Source: Nitrospirota bacterium
GTDB lineage: Bacteria; Nitrospirota; UBA9217
Assembly: GCA_963663225.1 (NCBI GenBank)
Contig: OY760142.1
Span: forward strand, 1,344,001-1,408,000
Direction: 5' to 3'
DNA: 64,000 bases
Shown: in pieces, positions 38,715 through 49,051 of the stretch
Numbering within the stretch: the stretch's first letter is position 1
How the letters are laid out: the number at the start of each line of letters is the position of its first letter
Position numbers and translations under genes: made by a program
The notes under the pieces: generated by a model
What the model was told of the DNA's origin: nothing
The model's input: only the letters and a program-made list of their open reading frames with translations
Databases searched by the model: none

Positions 38715-39965
38715 ATGGCAGAGCTTAATCCATTTAAAATCGTTCACAAACAGCTTGAAGACTGCGCAAGAATTTTGAAATTTGACAAGGGAACACATGA
38801 AATGTTGAAGCGCCCCATGAGAGAGCTTCATGTTTCCATTCCAGTAAAGATGGACAACGGCGAGACGCAGGTTTTCGACGGATTCAGGGTCCAGTACAAC
38901 GATTCACGCGGGCCGACGAAGGGTGGAATCAGGTTCCATCCCGATGAAACAATCGACACCGTGCGTGCTCTTGCGGCATGGATGACCTGGAAAACGGCGG
39001 TCGTTGATATTCCGCTTGGCGGGGGAAAGGGCGGTATCGTCTGTGATCCAAAAAACCTGTCCCAGGGAGAACTCGAGCGGCTCAGCCGTGGATATGCGCG
39101 GGCGATCGGCCCTGATTTCTGGGGCCCCGAACAGGACGTCCCGGCTCCAGATGTATATACCACACCCCAGATCATGACCTGGATAATGGATGAATACTCC
39201 AAAATGCAGGGGAAAAATCAGTTCGGTCTGATCACGGGCAAACCTATCATGCTGGGCGGATCGCTGGGCAGAGGCGACGCGACAGCGCGCGGCGGCTGGT
39301 ACACCATAAGAGAAGCGGCGCAGATCCTGGGAATTGAGCTTTCAAAAGCCAAGATTGCGGTGCAAGGGTACGGCAATGCCGGCTATTTTGCCGCCGCTCT
39401 CGGAAAATCATTGTTCGGATGCAAGACAATAGCGGTTTCAGACAGCAAGGGCGGAATCATGGATGAAGCGGGGCTCGATCCGGAGGCGGTGAACGAGTAT
39501 AAGAAAAAAACCGGCTCCGTGGTAGGTTTCCCGGGAGCAAAGCCTATTTCCAATGAAGCACTTCTGGAACTGCCGGTTGACATTCTTATACCGTCAGCGC
39601 TGGAAAACGTGATTACGGAGAAAAATGCGGGAAATATCAAAGCGAAAATAAGCGCGGAACTGGCAAATGGACCGACGACTCCGGAAGCGGACGATATCCT
39701 GTACAAAAAAGGTGTTCACGTGATACCGGATTTCCTGTGCAATGCAGGAGGCGTGACCGTGTCTTATTTTGAAATGGTTCAGAACTTCTACCAGCATTAC
39801 TGGACGGAAAAAGAAGTACAAGAAAAGCTTGATCTGAAAATGAAAACGGCATACCATGCGGTCGTGGCTGCTTCGAAGATGTACAAGATCAACATGCGGC
39901 AGGCCGCGTATGTTGTTGCGGTTCAGCGCGTTGTCGAAGCGATGAAACTTCGTGGCTGGGTATAG
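38715..39965 (+). CDS. gdhA: Glutamate dehydrogenase
   Basis: [56 protein letters not shown]; AAGGAG SD. Confidence 0.95.
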   Translation: MAELNPFKIVHKQLEDCARILKFDKGTHEMLKRPMRELHVSIPVKMDNGETQVFDGFRVQYNDSRGPTKGGIRFHPDETIDTVRALAAWMTWKTAVVDIPLGGGKGGIVCDPKNLSQGELERLSRGYARAIGPDFWGPEQDVPAPDVYTTPQIMTWIMDEYSKMQGKNQFGLITGKPIMLGGSLGRGDATARGGWYTIREAAQILGIELSKAKIAVQGYGNAGYFAAALGKSLFGCKTIAVSDSKGGIMDEAGLDPEAVNEYKKKTGSVVGFPGAKPISNEALLELPVDILIPSALENVITEKNAGNIKAKISAELANGPTTPEADDILYKKGVHVIPDFLCNAGGVTVSYFEMVQNFYQHYWTEKEVQEKLDLKMKTAYHAVVAASKMYKINMRQAAYVVAVQRVVEAMKLRGWV

Positions 39966-40004
39966 CATATTCTGATGTAACAAAAAGATTGAAGTTATAG
40001 ATTC

Positions 40005-40047
40005 GCAGGAGCTATTCTGCATGCAGAATAGCTCCTGCAGTTTTTGT
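40005..40047 (+). terminator. Perfect 34-bp palindrome plus T-tract after gdhA
   Basis: GCAGGAGCTATTCTGCA|TGCAGAATAGCTCCTGC followed by agtttttg. Confidence 0.7.
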
Positions 40048-40074
40048 TGAAACTGTCTTCCAGGAGAAACAGAC

Positions 40075-41064
40075 ATGAACAAAGCCCAGCGCGCAATCCT
40101 CACCATACTGAATCAATATCAGACTGTAGTCGGATCTCGTGAGCTGTCAAAACAATTGACGCTGCACGGGGTAGATCTTACCGAGCGAACGGTCCGGTAT
40201 TATTTAAAGATACTTGACAAACGAGGCTATACCAGGGTTTATGGCAAAACAGGGCGGAAGATCACGGAGCAGGGAATGGAAGAACTCAGACATTCTTTCG
40301 TTTCGGGCAGAATCGGATTTGTGATCAGCAGAATTGAAACACTTTCCTATCTGATGACGCTGGATATGGCGTCACTCGAAGGAAGCGTGATCCTTAATTG
40401 CTCTTTTTTCCCCGAAAATAAACTGCGGCGCGCGTTAAATCTGATCAAGCCGATCATCTCCTCGCCGTTTGTGATGAGCGACCGGATGATTCTGGCAGAG
40501 GCCGGGGAAAAAATCGGCGATAACATTGTCCCCAAAGGGATGGTGGGGCTGGGCACAATGTGCAGCGTTACGATCAACGGGATTTTTCTCAAAGCTGGAA
40601 TTCCCCTTACGTCACGTTTTGCAGGAGTCGTTGAGACGGTGGATGGAAAACCGCGCCGGTTTCTGTCTCTAATCAGCTACGCAGGCTCCTCTCTTGATCC
40701 GATTGAAATATTTATTAAAAGCGGGATGACAGCGGTGACCAGCGCTGTTGCCGGACGTTCCGGAAAAATCCTTGCGAGTTTCCGGGAAATACCCGTGGTA
40801 TGTCTCGAAAAGGCAAAAAAACTCGCCCGAGCAATGGAAGATCGCGGGATGCGAGGCATTTTGCTTATTGGCTGCCCGAACAAACCGCTGCTCGAAGTGC
40901 CTGTGGGAATCGACAAGGTGGGCATCGTTATTGTCGGCGGACTGAATCCGGTGGCAGTACTGGAAGAACATGGCATTCCCACAGAAAGCAAGGCCACATC
41001 GACTCTATTTGATTATTCTCGTCTCTCTCCCTTTTCAGAGGCTGTGCAGGATTTCATGCGATAG
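40075..41064 (+). CDS. nrpR: Nitrogen regulatory protein NrpR (HTH plus one NRD domain)
   Basis: LTERTVRYYL..LD..GYT, GRKITEQG.EEL, CSVTINGIFLKAGIP, GSSLDP.EIFI, VGGLNP. Confidence 0.9.
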   Translation: MNKAQRAILTILNQYQTVVGSRELSKQLTLHGVDLTERTVRYYLKILDKRGYTRVYGKTGRKITEQGMEELRHSFVSGRIGFVISRIETLSYLMTLDMASLEGSVILNCSFFPENKLRRALNLIKPIISSPFVMSDRMILAEAGEKIGDNIVPKGMVGLGTMCSVTINGIFLKAGIPLTSRFAGVVETVDGKPRRFLSLISYAGSSLDPIEIFIKSGMTAVTSAVAGRSGKILASFREIPVVCLEKAKKLARAMEDRGMRGILLIGCPNKPLLEVPVGIDKVGIVIVGGLNPVAVLEEHGIPTESKATSTLFDYSRLSPFSEAVQDFMR

Positions 41065-41288
41065 CTTCTTCCATCAATGCCTCCGTAGAAACCATAAGAT
41101 TGCAATAATTTTATGCTACAATTAAATAAAGCGAAAGTATTTAATGCCGGAAATTAAGTATTTCTTAATTAGGCCTGTTCCTGATCAAGAACTACAAACT
41201 GATTGTATGCAACCCTTACCGAACACGTGCCGGAGCGGGAATATGCGGGATTTCCGCGAGGGGAGGCCATGCATCTAGTACTTTTTAC

Positions 41289-41343
41289 TTGACGGAAATC
41301 AGACGTGGGTGTATGTTAAAAACAACGGCAATAGATTGCCGTT
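41289..41343 (+). promoter_or_regulatory. sigma70 promoter of the glutamate synthase operon with a palindromic operator at the predicted start site
   Basis: TTGACG-N17-TATGTT (41289-41317), then AACGGCAAT-AG-ATTGCCGTT (41324-41343). Confidence 0.6.
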
Positions 41344-41344
41344 C

Positions 41345-41372
41345 AAAATCCCCTCACTAGAGGGGATTTTTA
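41345..41372 (+). terminator. Leader hairpin, possible attenuator
   Basis: AAAATCCCCTC-ACTA-GAGGGGATTTT, about 245 nt upstream of the first glt gene. Confidence 0.5.
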
Positions 41373-41616
41373 TCATGGTTGCCATGCTGACGGGCAACCG
41401 GTTGTCAGTTCGAGAATGCGATCCCGCCTGGCAGCAAAAATCTTAACAGCACGTGGCAAACAGCCATAGCCGGAAAAATCCAAGGACAAGGCCACATCAA
41501 AGAATCACCGTTGTCTTTAATCAACAGCAACCGTGCTCGGTTGTCTGGAGGTCAGGATTGGCCGTTTTGTCAGCATTTGAAATTTACCGGTTTAGATTTC
41601 ACTCAGGAGCAATCAT

Positions 41617-42726
41617 ATGTGCCGTTTAAGCGCAATTACAGCGAGCGACTACGTTTCTCCCATGGAAAGCATTATGGCGCTCGAAGCCATGAAGGAAGGG
41701 CACGACGGATCTGGGCTCGGCCTGATGCTTAAGGATTTGGGCGGCGCCTTCGAGGACTGCAAGGGATATCCCATCCTTTCCGCCATCTGCTCAGACAAGG
41801 GCTTACGCAACCTGAACGAGTACACGAAGGTGCACGGCTTCAGGGACATCTTTTCATGGTCTCCATCCATTAAAAACATTCCCGGCATTGAGCGGCGGGG
41901 ACACTACGTCGTCAAAGTGTATGACTACCCGGCCGCATACAAGGAAAAAACGCAGCGCGAGAAGGAAGACATGCTTTTGCAAACGAGGCTCGAACTCAGA
42001 AGCATGGGCGCGTCTGACGGATCGCTTTTTGTCTTTTCCTTCTATCCGGATGTGCTTACCCTCAAGGAAGTGGGTGACCCGCTCCAGGTTGCCGAATTCT
42101 TCAGCCTTGAAAAGTCAGGTTTGGAATCGCGAATTGTCCTGGCCCAGGGCCGGCAGAACACCAACTATGCGATCGACCTCTATGCCTGTCATCCGTTTTT
42201 TATCCAGGGCTACGCCTCCATGACAAACGGCGAGAATACGGCGTTTGTGCCGATTCGCGAGTTTCTCCTGGGCCGCGGCAACACTGGATACATGGGGTAC
42301 AATTCCGATTCAGAGGTGTTGACCCATATCCTGCACTATACGAACAGAACGCTCGGCTACCCGCTTCATTACTACAAGGATGTGATTACGCCGCTGAAAG
42401 ACACCGAGATCACACAGCGCTCCGATGCGGCGGCGCTCCGGCTCATCAAAAAATCGCTTCGGCCGCTCTGCATCGACGGGCCGAACTGCGTCATCGGATT
42501 CACCCCTGATGGCACGGTTTTTATGGTGCAGGATTCAAAAAAACTCAGGCCCGGAGCGGTAGGCTGCAAGCCGGGCAAGTATGCACTCATGTCCGAGGTC
42601 TGCGGCGTCGACAGCGTCATGCCCGACCGGGATAAATCAAATGACATTTTCCCCATGAAATACGACATGGTGATCATCGCGCCTGGTGCGCGGGAGGTTG
42701 CAGTATGGAATCAGCTCCACGGCTAG
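41617..42726 (+). CDS. Split glutamate synthase, class-II glutamine amidotransferase subunit
   Basis: N-terminal MCRL nucleophile, GRQNTN, HPFF, NGE, SDSEV, KLRP. Confidence 0.88.
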   Translation: MCRLSAITASDYVSPMESIMALEAMKEGHDGSGLGLMLKDLGGAFEDCKGYPILSAICSDKGLRNLNEYTKVHGFRDIFSWSPSIKNIPGIERRGHYVVKVYDYPAAYKEKTQREKEDMLLQTRLELRSMGASDGSLFVFSFYPDVLTLKEVGDPLQVAEFFSLEKSGLESRIVLAQGRQNTNYAIDLYACHPFFIQGYASMTNGENTAFVPIREFLLGRGNTGYMGYNSDSEVLTHILHYTNRTLGYPLHYYKDVITPLKDTEITQRSDAAALRLIKKSLRPLCIDGPNCVIGFTPDGTVFMVQDSKKLRPGAVGCKPGKYALMSEVCGVDSVMPDRDKSNDIFPMKYDMVIIAPGAREVAVWNQLHG

Positions 42727-44360
42727 ATCAAAACCATCAGCTCTCACTCAAGGAGCTTCCTTATATTGTCCGGTGGCGGGAGGACCGTTGCACCCGCTGC
42801 GGCCGGTGCACGGCCGTGTGCCCCATGAAATCCATTGAAGCCACTGTTTACACGCAGCGGGTGGTGTCTTCGGCAGGCGCAAGTCCCGATCCTACGGTAA
42901 CGCGCCGGCTGACCCACGTCGTCCGCCAGGTTACGGATATCGAACGCTACTGTATCGGCTGCGGCAGCTGCTCCCTTGTCTGCCCGACAGAAGCCATCTT
43001 TCCGGATTACAATTTCCAGCATAAACTGTATCACTATAAGAACAAAGGCGGGATTCCTTTTATGCGCGGCGGCCGGCGAAACGACCCGTCAAAGTCGACG
43101 CTCGACAAACTGAAATTTACGCGCATTTCAATGCTGACCGACCCTGCCTTGGACGCAGGAAGGCACGAATTCCGCATCAGAACGCTGCTGGGGAGAAACC
43201 TTCCCGCAGAGCAGCTTCCGCTTCACGTCGAAGGAGACAAACTCGTCTTTGCCGGATCCACCTTTATTCCCCCGGTCCGGGAAATATATCCGATTCGCAT
43301 CGGCAGCATGTCCATCGGCGCACTCTCACCGACCATGTGGGAAGGCCTCGCCATGGGCATTGCCTATCTCAATGAAGTTGAGGGAATGCCGGTTGTTATG
43401 TGCACCGGCGAGGGCGGATTGCCGCCGAGCATTCTGAAATCAAGGTACCTCAAGTATTTCATCCTGCAGATCGCCTCGGGCTATTTTGGCTGGGACGAAA
43501 TCATCCGGTCGCTTCCGGACATGATCGAAGACCCCTGCGCCATCGAGATCAAGTACGGGCAGGGAGCGAAGCCCGGCGACGGCGGACTGCTGCAGGCTTA
43601 TAAAGTTCTCGGCCTGATTGCAAAAATCCGCGGCGTTCCACAGTTCGTCGATTTGGCTTCGCCTCCGACGCACCAAACGAAGTACTCCATTGAGGAGGCG
43701 GTCGCAAAGATGATCCAGTCCATGTCCATGGCATGGGGATTCCGCGTGCCGGTCTATCCGAAAATATCAGGAACCAAAACGGCCCGGGCGGTCCTGAATA
43801 ATCTTGCCCGCAATCCGTATGCGGCGGCGCTTTGCATTGACGGTGAGGACGGCGGCACCGGCGCGGCATACAATGTTTCGATGGATAAAATGGGACATCC
43901 CATCGCTTCAAACATCCGCGACTGTTATCTGGATCTGGTAAAATCCGGAAAGCAGAACGAGCTCCCGCTTATTGCGGCAGGCGGCGTGGCCAAACGCGGG
44001 CACCTTGCGGCGAACGCAGCCGCACTTATCATGCTCGGTGCATCCGCCGTTGATGTCGGCAAGTACATCATGCAGGCGGTTGCCGACTGCTTTGGTGATG
44101 AATACAATCGCTGCAATGTCTGCAACCTCGGCAGGTGTCCGCGAGGCATCACCACGCAGGACCCGAAGCTCTATCGCAGGCTCGACCCGGACAAGGTGGC
44201 CGAGCGTGTTGTAGAGGTGTTCAAGGCGGCGGACGTTGAACTGAAAAAGATTTTTGCGCCGCTCGGCAGAAGTACGGAACTTCCCATCGGCATGTCCGAT
44301 GCTCTCGGCGTGAATGACAAGGAAATCGCCGACAGACTGCAAATTTCGTATGTGTGCTAG
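42705..44360 (+). CDS. Split glutamate synthase, FMN-binding subunit with N-terminal ferredoxin
   Basis: Two CxxCxxCxxxCP motifs, MSIGALS, TGEGG, QIASGYFG, EIKYGQGAKPGDGG, GGTGAA, C..C..G.CP.GITTQDP. Confidence 0.92.
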   Translation: MESAPRLDQNHQLSLKELPYIVRWREDRCTRCGRCTAVCPMKSIEATVYTQRVVSSAGASPDPTVTRRLTHVVRQVTDIERYCIGCGSCSLVCPTEAIFPDYNFQHKLYHYKNKGGIPFMRGGRRNDPSKSTLDKLKFTRISMLTDPALDAGRHEFRIRTLLGRNLPAEQLPLHVEGDKLVFAGSTFIPPVREIYPIRIGSMSIGALSPTMWEGLAMGIAYLNEVEGMPVVMCTGEGGLPPSILKSRYLKYFILQIASGYFGWDEIIRSLPDMIEDPCAIEIKYGQGAKPGDGGLLQAYKVLGLIAKIRGVPQFVDLASPPTHQTKYSIEEAVAKMIQSMSMAWGFRVPVYPKISGTKTARAVLNNLARNPYAAALCIDGEDGGTGAAYNVSMDKMGHPIASNIRDCYLDLVKSGKQNELPLIAAGGVAKRGHLAANAAALIMLGASAVDVGKYIMQAVADCFGDEYNRCNVCNLGRCPRGITTQDPKLYRRLDPDKVAERVVEVFKAADVELKKIFAPLGRSTELPIGMSDALGVNDKEIADRLQISYVC

Positions 44361-44390
44361 CAGCCACATAGCTATGTTAAGGTAGAACGC

Positions 44391-46718
44391 ATGATTATTC
44401 AGGGCACGATTAACGGAAAACGGGTAGCAACAAAAGACCTCGAAGAAAAAATTCAGAATGCCGTCAAGACGGGCGCTACCGAACTTACGGTCATTGCCGA
44501 CGGGCAGCACGGCATCGGCGGCCGCATTTGGCCCCGGGGATACAAAGTTTCGGTGACGATCGAAGGCACTGCAGGCCAGCGCGTCGGCAGCATGGGCATG
44601 GACGGAACGGAAATTCTGGTGCAGGGAAGCACGTCCGACGATACCGGCTGGCTCAACTGCGGTTCGACGATCACCGTGCTGGGTGATGTGGCGAACGGTG
44701 CGCACAACGCGGGCGCCCAGGGAATTCTGTACGTACAGGGCGGCGGCGGGGCCCGCTGCGATACCATGACCAAAAAGAACCCCCGGTTCCCGGATCTCCA
44801 GTCATGGTATTTTCGCGGCGTGGGAGACTCTTTTGCCGAGTTCAAGGCAGGCGGCATTGCCGTTGTCTGCGGCGTGGAACCCCGGGACCCGGAAAACATC
44901 CTCGGCTACCGCCCCTGTGTCGGCATGGTCGGTGGGACGATTTATTTTCGCGGTCCGGTCAAGGAATACAGCAAGGCAGACGTAAAGCTTGAAGAACTCA
45001 CTCCACAGGACTGGGAATGGCTCACGACGCACATGAAGCCCTATCTTCAGGCCATTGACCGCATGTCCTTCTACGAAGAGCTGACCAAAGACAGAAGCGA
45101 TTGGAAAAAGTTTATCGCATTCACGGCCGCTGAACGAGCCAGAAACAAGGGCAAGCTCAAAATGAGTTTGGCCGATTTTCGTCAGAATGTGTGGGAGGCG
45201 GAAACGGGCAAAGGCGGCATGTTCAGCGCGTATTTTACGCAAGACCGCTCTACGCTCCCGTATATTACGACAGGTGAGGACCGGCGGTGGAAGCCGGTTT
45301 GGAAAAACGACAAGTATCTCCCTCCGTGCGCCTATTCCTGTCCGTCACGCATTCCTTCTCACAAACGCGCGCAGCTGATCAGACAGGGAAGAACGGCCGA
45401 CGCTCTCGCCCTGGTGCTTCAGTACAGCCCTCTGCCGGCAACCGTGTGCGGGACCGTCTGCCCGAATCTTTGCATGACTGATTGTACGCGGGCACGGGTC
45501 GATGCACCTCTGAACATCCGGGAATACGGGGCGGCGGCATTGAACCTGAAGGCCCCGAAAAAAGAAAAAGCAACAGGACACACCATCGCTGTTATCGGCG
45601 GAGGCCCCGGCGGTCTTTCTGCTGCCTGGCAACTAGGACTCAAGGGCCATACGGTCGATCTGTACGAGGCCTCGGACAAGATCGGCGGCAAGCTTGAGAT
45701 GTGCATCCCGCGCGAGCGCCTTCCGCAGCGTATTTTGAACAAAGAGCTTTCACGGTTCGGAGAGATCGGCGTACAAGTGCATGTAAAGTCTCCGGTGACC
45801 AGAAAGCTGTTTGACAAAGTATATAAAGACCATGAAATAGTTGTTATTGCCGTGGGCGCTCATCAGGCCCGCATCATTCCCTTTCCCGGCTACGAAGACG
45901 TGGTTGCCGGCATTGAATACCTGAAGGAAGTGAATTTCGGCAAACCCCGGAATCTGAAAGGCAAGAAGGTGGTTGTGATCGGCGCGGGAAACGCGGGCAT
46001 GGACATTGCCTGCCAGGCCTGGAACCACGGCGCTGCGATGGTGACCTGCGTTGACATTCAAAAACCCGCGTCCTTCGGCGTCGAGCAGGCTATGGCGAAG
46101 AGCAAGGGAACGCAGATTGTGTACCCGAAAGCCACCCAGAAATATGATGCAAAAGCAAAGAAAATATATTTCCAGGACGGCAGCTCTCTGGATGCCGACC
46201 TGGTCGTCATCTCCATTGGAGAAAAACCGATAATCGATTTTCTGCCGCCGGGAATCCATACAGATGAACGCGGTTACATCGTCGTCAACGATCTGAACCA
46301 GACTTCCGATGTCAAGGTCTTTGCCATCGGCGACGTGACCAGGCCGGGCCTGATAACAAACTCCATTGGACAGGGCAAGGTGGCGGCCGACGTGATCAAT
46401 GCCCAGCTCATGAACTACGATTACGTGGCTGAAGAACGGCGGGCGATTCCGGTGGAGAAAGTCAAGACCCAGTACTACGAGGTCTGCCGTCTGCTCGAAA
46501 AGTTCTCGCCCAAGAAAGAAGCGGACCGCTGCATGAGCTGCGGTTCCTGCCGTGACTGCGGCATGTGCGTTGAGACGTGTTACTACGGCGCCATATCGCG
46601 CAAAACGCTTCCCAATAAATCGTTCGAATATGTCGTGGACGAGTCCAAATGCATCGGCTGCGGCTTCTGCGCAGGCATTTGTCCCTGCGGAGTGTGGGAC
46701 ATGATGGAAAACGTGTAA
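44391..46718 (+). CDS. Split glutamate synthase: GXGXG domain fused to GltD-like FAD/NAD(P) oxidoreductase and C-terminal ferredoxin
   Basis: GXGXG repeats, CVGMVGG, PC...CP, CG.VCP..C, IGGGPGG, IGAGNAGMD, two C-terminal CxxCxxCxxxC motifs. Confidence 0.9.
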   Translation: MIIQGTINGKRVATKDLEEKIQNAVKTGATELTVIADGQHGIGGRIWPRGYKVSVTIEGTAGQRVGSMGMDGTEILVQGSTSDDTGWLNCGSTITVLGDVANGAHNAGAQGILYVQGGGGARCDTMTKKNPRFPDLQSWYFRGVGDSFAEFKAGGIAVVCGVEPRDPENILGYRPCVGMVGGTIYFRGPVKEYSKADVKLEELTPQDWEWLTTHMKPYLQAIDRMSFYEELTKDRSDWKKFIAFTAAERARNKGKLKMSLADFRQNVWEAETGKGGMFSAYFTQDRSTLPYITTGEDRRWKPVWKNDKYLPPCAYSCPSRIPSHKRAQLIRQGRTADALALVLQYSPLPATVCGTVCPNLCMTDCTRARVDAPLNIREYGAAALNLKAPKKEKATGHTIAVIGGGPGGLSAAWQLGLKGHTVDLYEASDKIGGKLEMCIPRERLPQRILNKELSRFGEIGVQVHVKSPVTRKLFDKVYKDHEIVVIAVGAHQARIIPFPGYEDVVAGIEYLKEVNFGKPRNLKGKKVVVIGAGNAGMDIACQAWNHGAAMVTCVDIQKPASFGVEQAMAKSKGTQIVYPKATQKYDAKAKKIYFQDGSSLDADLVVISIGEKPIIDFLPPGIHTDERGYIVVNDLNQTSDVKVFAIGDVTRPGLITNSIGQGKVAADVINAQLMNYDYVAEERRAIPVEKVKTQYYEVCRLLEKFSPKKEADRCMSCGSCRDCGMCVETCYYGAISRKTLPNKSFEYVVDESKCIGCGFCAGICPCGVWDMMENV

Positions 46719-46749
46719 ACACTTCGCCGGCTCCGGTCCATACAAAATG

Positions 46750-46785
46750 AAAGCCCTTCGCGGTATAATCCCGAAGGGCTTTTTT
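46750..46785 (+). terminator. Intrinsic terminator between the glt operon and the convergent kinase
   Basis: AAAGCCCTTCG-loop-CGAAGGGCTTTTTT. Confidence 0.8.
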
Positions 46786-46816
46786 GCTGCCCGTATGATA
46801 GGGGAGCATCCTGATG

Positions 46817-48996
46817 TTAGGGTGAGAACCGCCCGGACGCGGATGATTGTGAAGGATTGTGTGAACAGGAGTCGAGTATCTGCCGTATCTGCACCAGGAG
46901 ATCGCGGGATTCAAACGGTTTTTGAAGGAACCAGGCGACAGTATTGATGTCTTCTTTCTCCGCGACATATTTCATGTAGCCTGATATGGCCAGCATGCGT
47001 ACCTCGGGGTTAATCGCCCGCAAGCGGTGCATGAGCTCTTTCCCGTCGAGCCTCGGCATTACCATGTCCGTAATCACCAACGCCACCTCGTCCGACATTC
47101 TGTTGAACACTTCCAGACCGAGGATGGGGTCGTTGGCCGTCAGGACCTTATATCCATTTGAGGTGAGCGTCTCCTGAATTGCACTCAGGATGTCTTCTTC
47201 GTCGTCGATAACCAGGATGGTTTCCGTTCCTCTCTGCGGCACCAGCAACGGCCGTGATCCGGGTGCGGGGGCTTCGCGAAGAACAGGAAGGAGGACTTTG
47301 AATGTGGCGCCGCTGCCGACGCGGCTTTGCACCACGATATACCCTTTATGCTCCAGTACGGCGCCATAGCACATGGCAAGACCCAGCCCCGTTCCTTTTC
47401 CTCGTTCTTTGGTGGTAAAGAATGGTTCAAATATTTTTTGCACCAGGTGCTCCGGAATGCCGACTCCTGAATCCGTCACACTCATCTGAACATAGTCTCC
47501 CGGCAGGACATAGGGCGGGACATCAGGGGTATTTCCGGGGACCTGCAAAACAGCAGTTGTGAGAACGATTCTGCCTCCCTGGGGCATCGCATCCCGTGCA
47601 TTCACCACGAGATTCATAACGACCTGTTCGAGCTGGTTGAAGTCGCCTTTGACAAGAGGAAGATTTTCCGACAAGGCCAGTTCGAGAGATATGTTTTTAT
47701 CGAGAACCCGTTCCACCAGTTTGGCGGAGTCAGTTATGATGTCATTGATATTGATGGGGAGAATTTCATAATTGCTCCGACGGGCAAATCCCAAGAGCTT
47801 ATTTATCATAGCTCCTGCTTTGCGCGATACATCTTCAATGACCTGGAGGCTCCGGAGAGATTTTGCGTCCAGAGAAGGGAAAAGCCGGACAATTTCCGTA
47901 TGGCCGAGAATTGCGGTCAGAATATTGTTGAAATCATGCGCGATGCCTCCTGCAAGCACGCCGATGGATTCCATCTTCTGAGATTGAAGGAGATGAGACT
48001 GTAGTTTCCTCTTTTCCGTGAGGTCCCGATAAAAAGACTGAATCAGCAAGGTGTCTCCGATTGCCACTGCTTTTGAGCTGATTTCAAGCGGCAGAGCAGT
48101 TCCGTCTTTTTTTATCTGCACGGTTTCAAAGTTAAGCGATTCTCCGGCAAGCAGGCGGGCCATTCTTTCCTGGACGACAGAAGGCGTATTTTCGGCCAAG
48201 AGACGCCACACCGAGGTCCCTATCAATTCTTCCCTGGTGTACCCGTGCATTTCGCAGATTCTATTGTTGACATTAACGATTAAGCCGTGTTTGTCGATAA
48301 CAGAGATTCCGTCGGTTGCATTTTCAAACAGCGCCCGGAGCTGCTGCTCGGAGTTTTGGAGCTCCTGAGTCCGTTCCTGGACCATATTTTCAAGCTGATG
48401 AGAATAGGTTTCAAGCTGTTTTTTTTGCTGTTCGATGTCATATTGGAGAGAGAGCTCCCGGACATATCGCAAATGCATAATGTAGCGTAAATATATCAGT
48501 GCGAGAGAACAGTAGAGAATGAAAAAATTTGCGTTGATAAAAAAAGGCCAGTCTGTAATCGTGTCATACATCAGGATGGGGACCAGATATAAGGAGTAAA
48601 CAATAACGAGAATGAAAATACTTACATTGAGGCCGAGCGGAATAAGTCCAATGCAGAAAATCGCCGATAATATCATGCCCGCAAAGTAGGGGGAACGGTG
48701 GCCGCCAAAGTGGAAGATCATGACACTCACCATGCCCGAAACAATGACTGCTGCGAGAATGGTCAGAAAATGGTGCCGGTTCCTGCTGGCTTCTTTTCTG
48801 TTGAAAAGAAACAGTATGAAAATCAGTGTCCCGCAATAATTCTGTAAAACAGAAAACGGGCAAAGTTTTCCGGAGTTACAAAATAGTCAAGTATGCATAA
48901 ACTGAGTATGACGAGAGAGCCTAATGCTATGGCGTAATTGGACCAGTAATGGAGCAGTTTGACAATGTTGCTGCTGATATATTCGTCTTTGGTCAT
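46817..48996 (-). CDS. Multi-TM hybrid sensor histidine kinase (TM-PAS-HisKA-HATPase-REC) with a frameshift near 48830
   Basis: H-box LAGGIAHDFNN, N-box NLVVNARDAM, EPFFTTK..GKGTGLGL, REC ITDMVMP. An upstream frame from ATG 48996 (MTKDEYISS...LDYFVTPENFARFLFYRIIAG) joins the listed ORF with a 1-nt shift. Confidence 0.88.
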
Positions 48997-49051
48997 ACAG
49001 CATTATATTAGCATACGGTCCCGGCATGCGCAAATTAATTTATGATGGCAG

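Noticed and set aside
41375-41446. 23-aa ORF MVAMLTGNRLSVRECDPAWQQKS in the glt leader
   Set aside because: Its SD is buried in the hairpin, and two Gln codons are too weak to call a leader peptide
41453-41495. c-di-GMP-I (GEMM) riboswitch-like GGCAAAC...GAAA
   Set aside because: No P2 stem pairing and no GACGCAAAG/P3 elements
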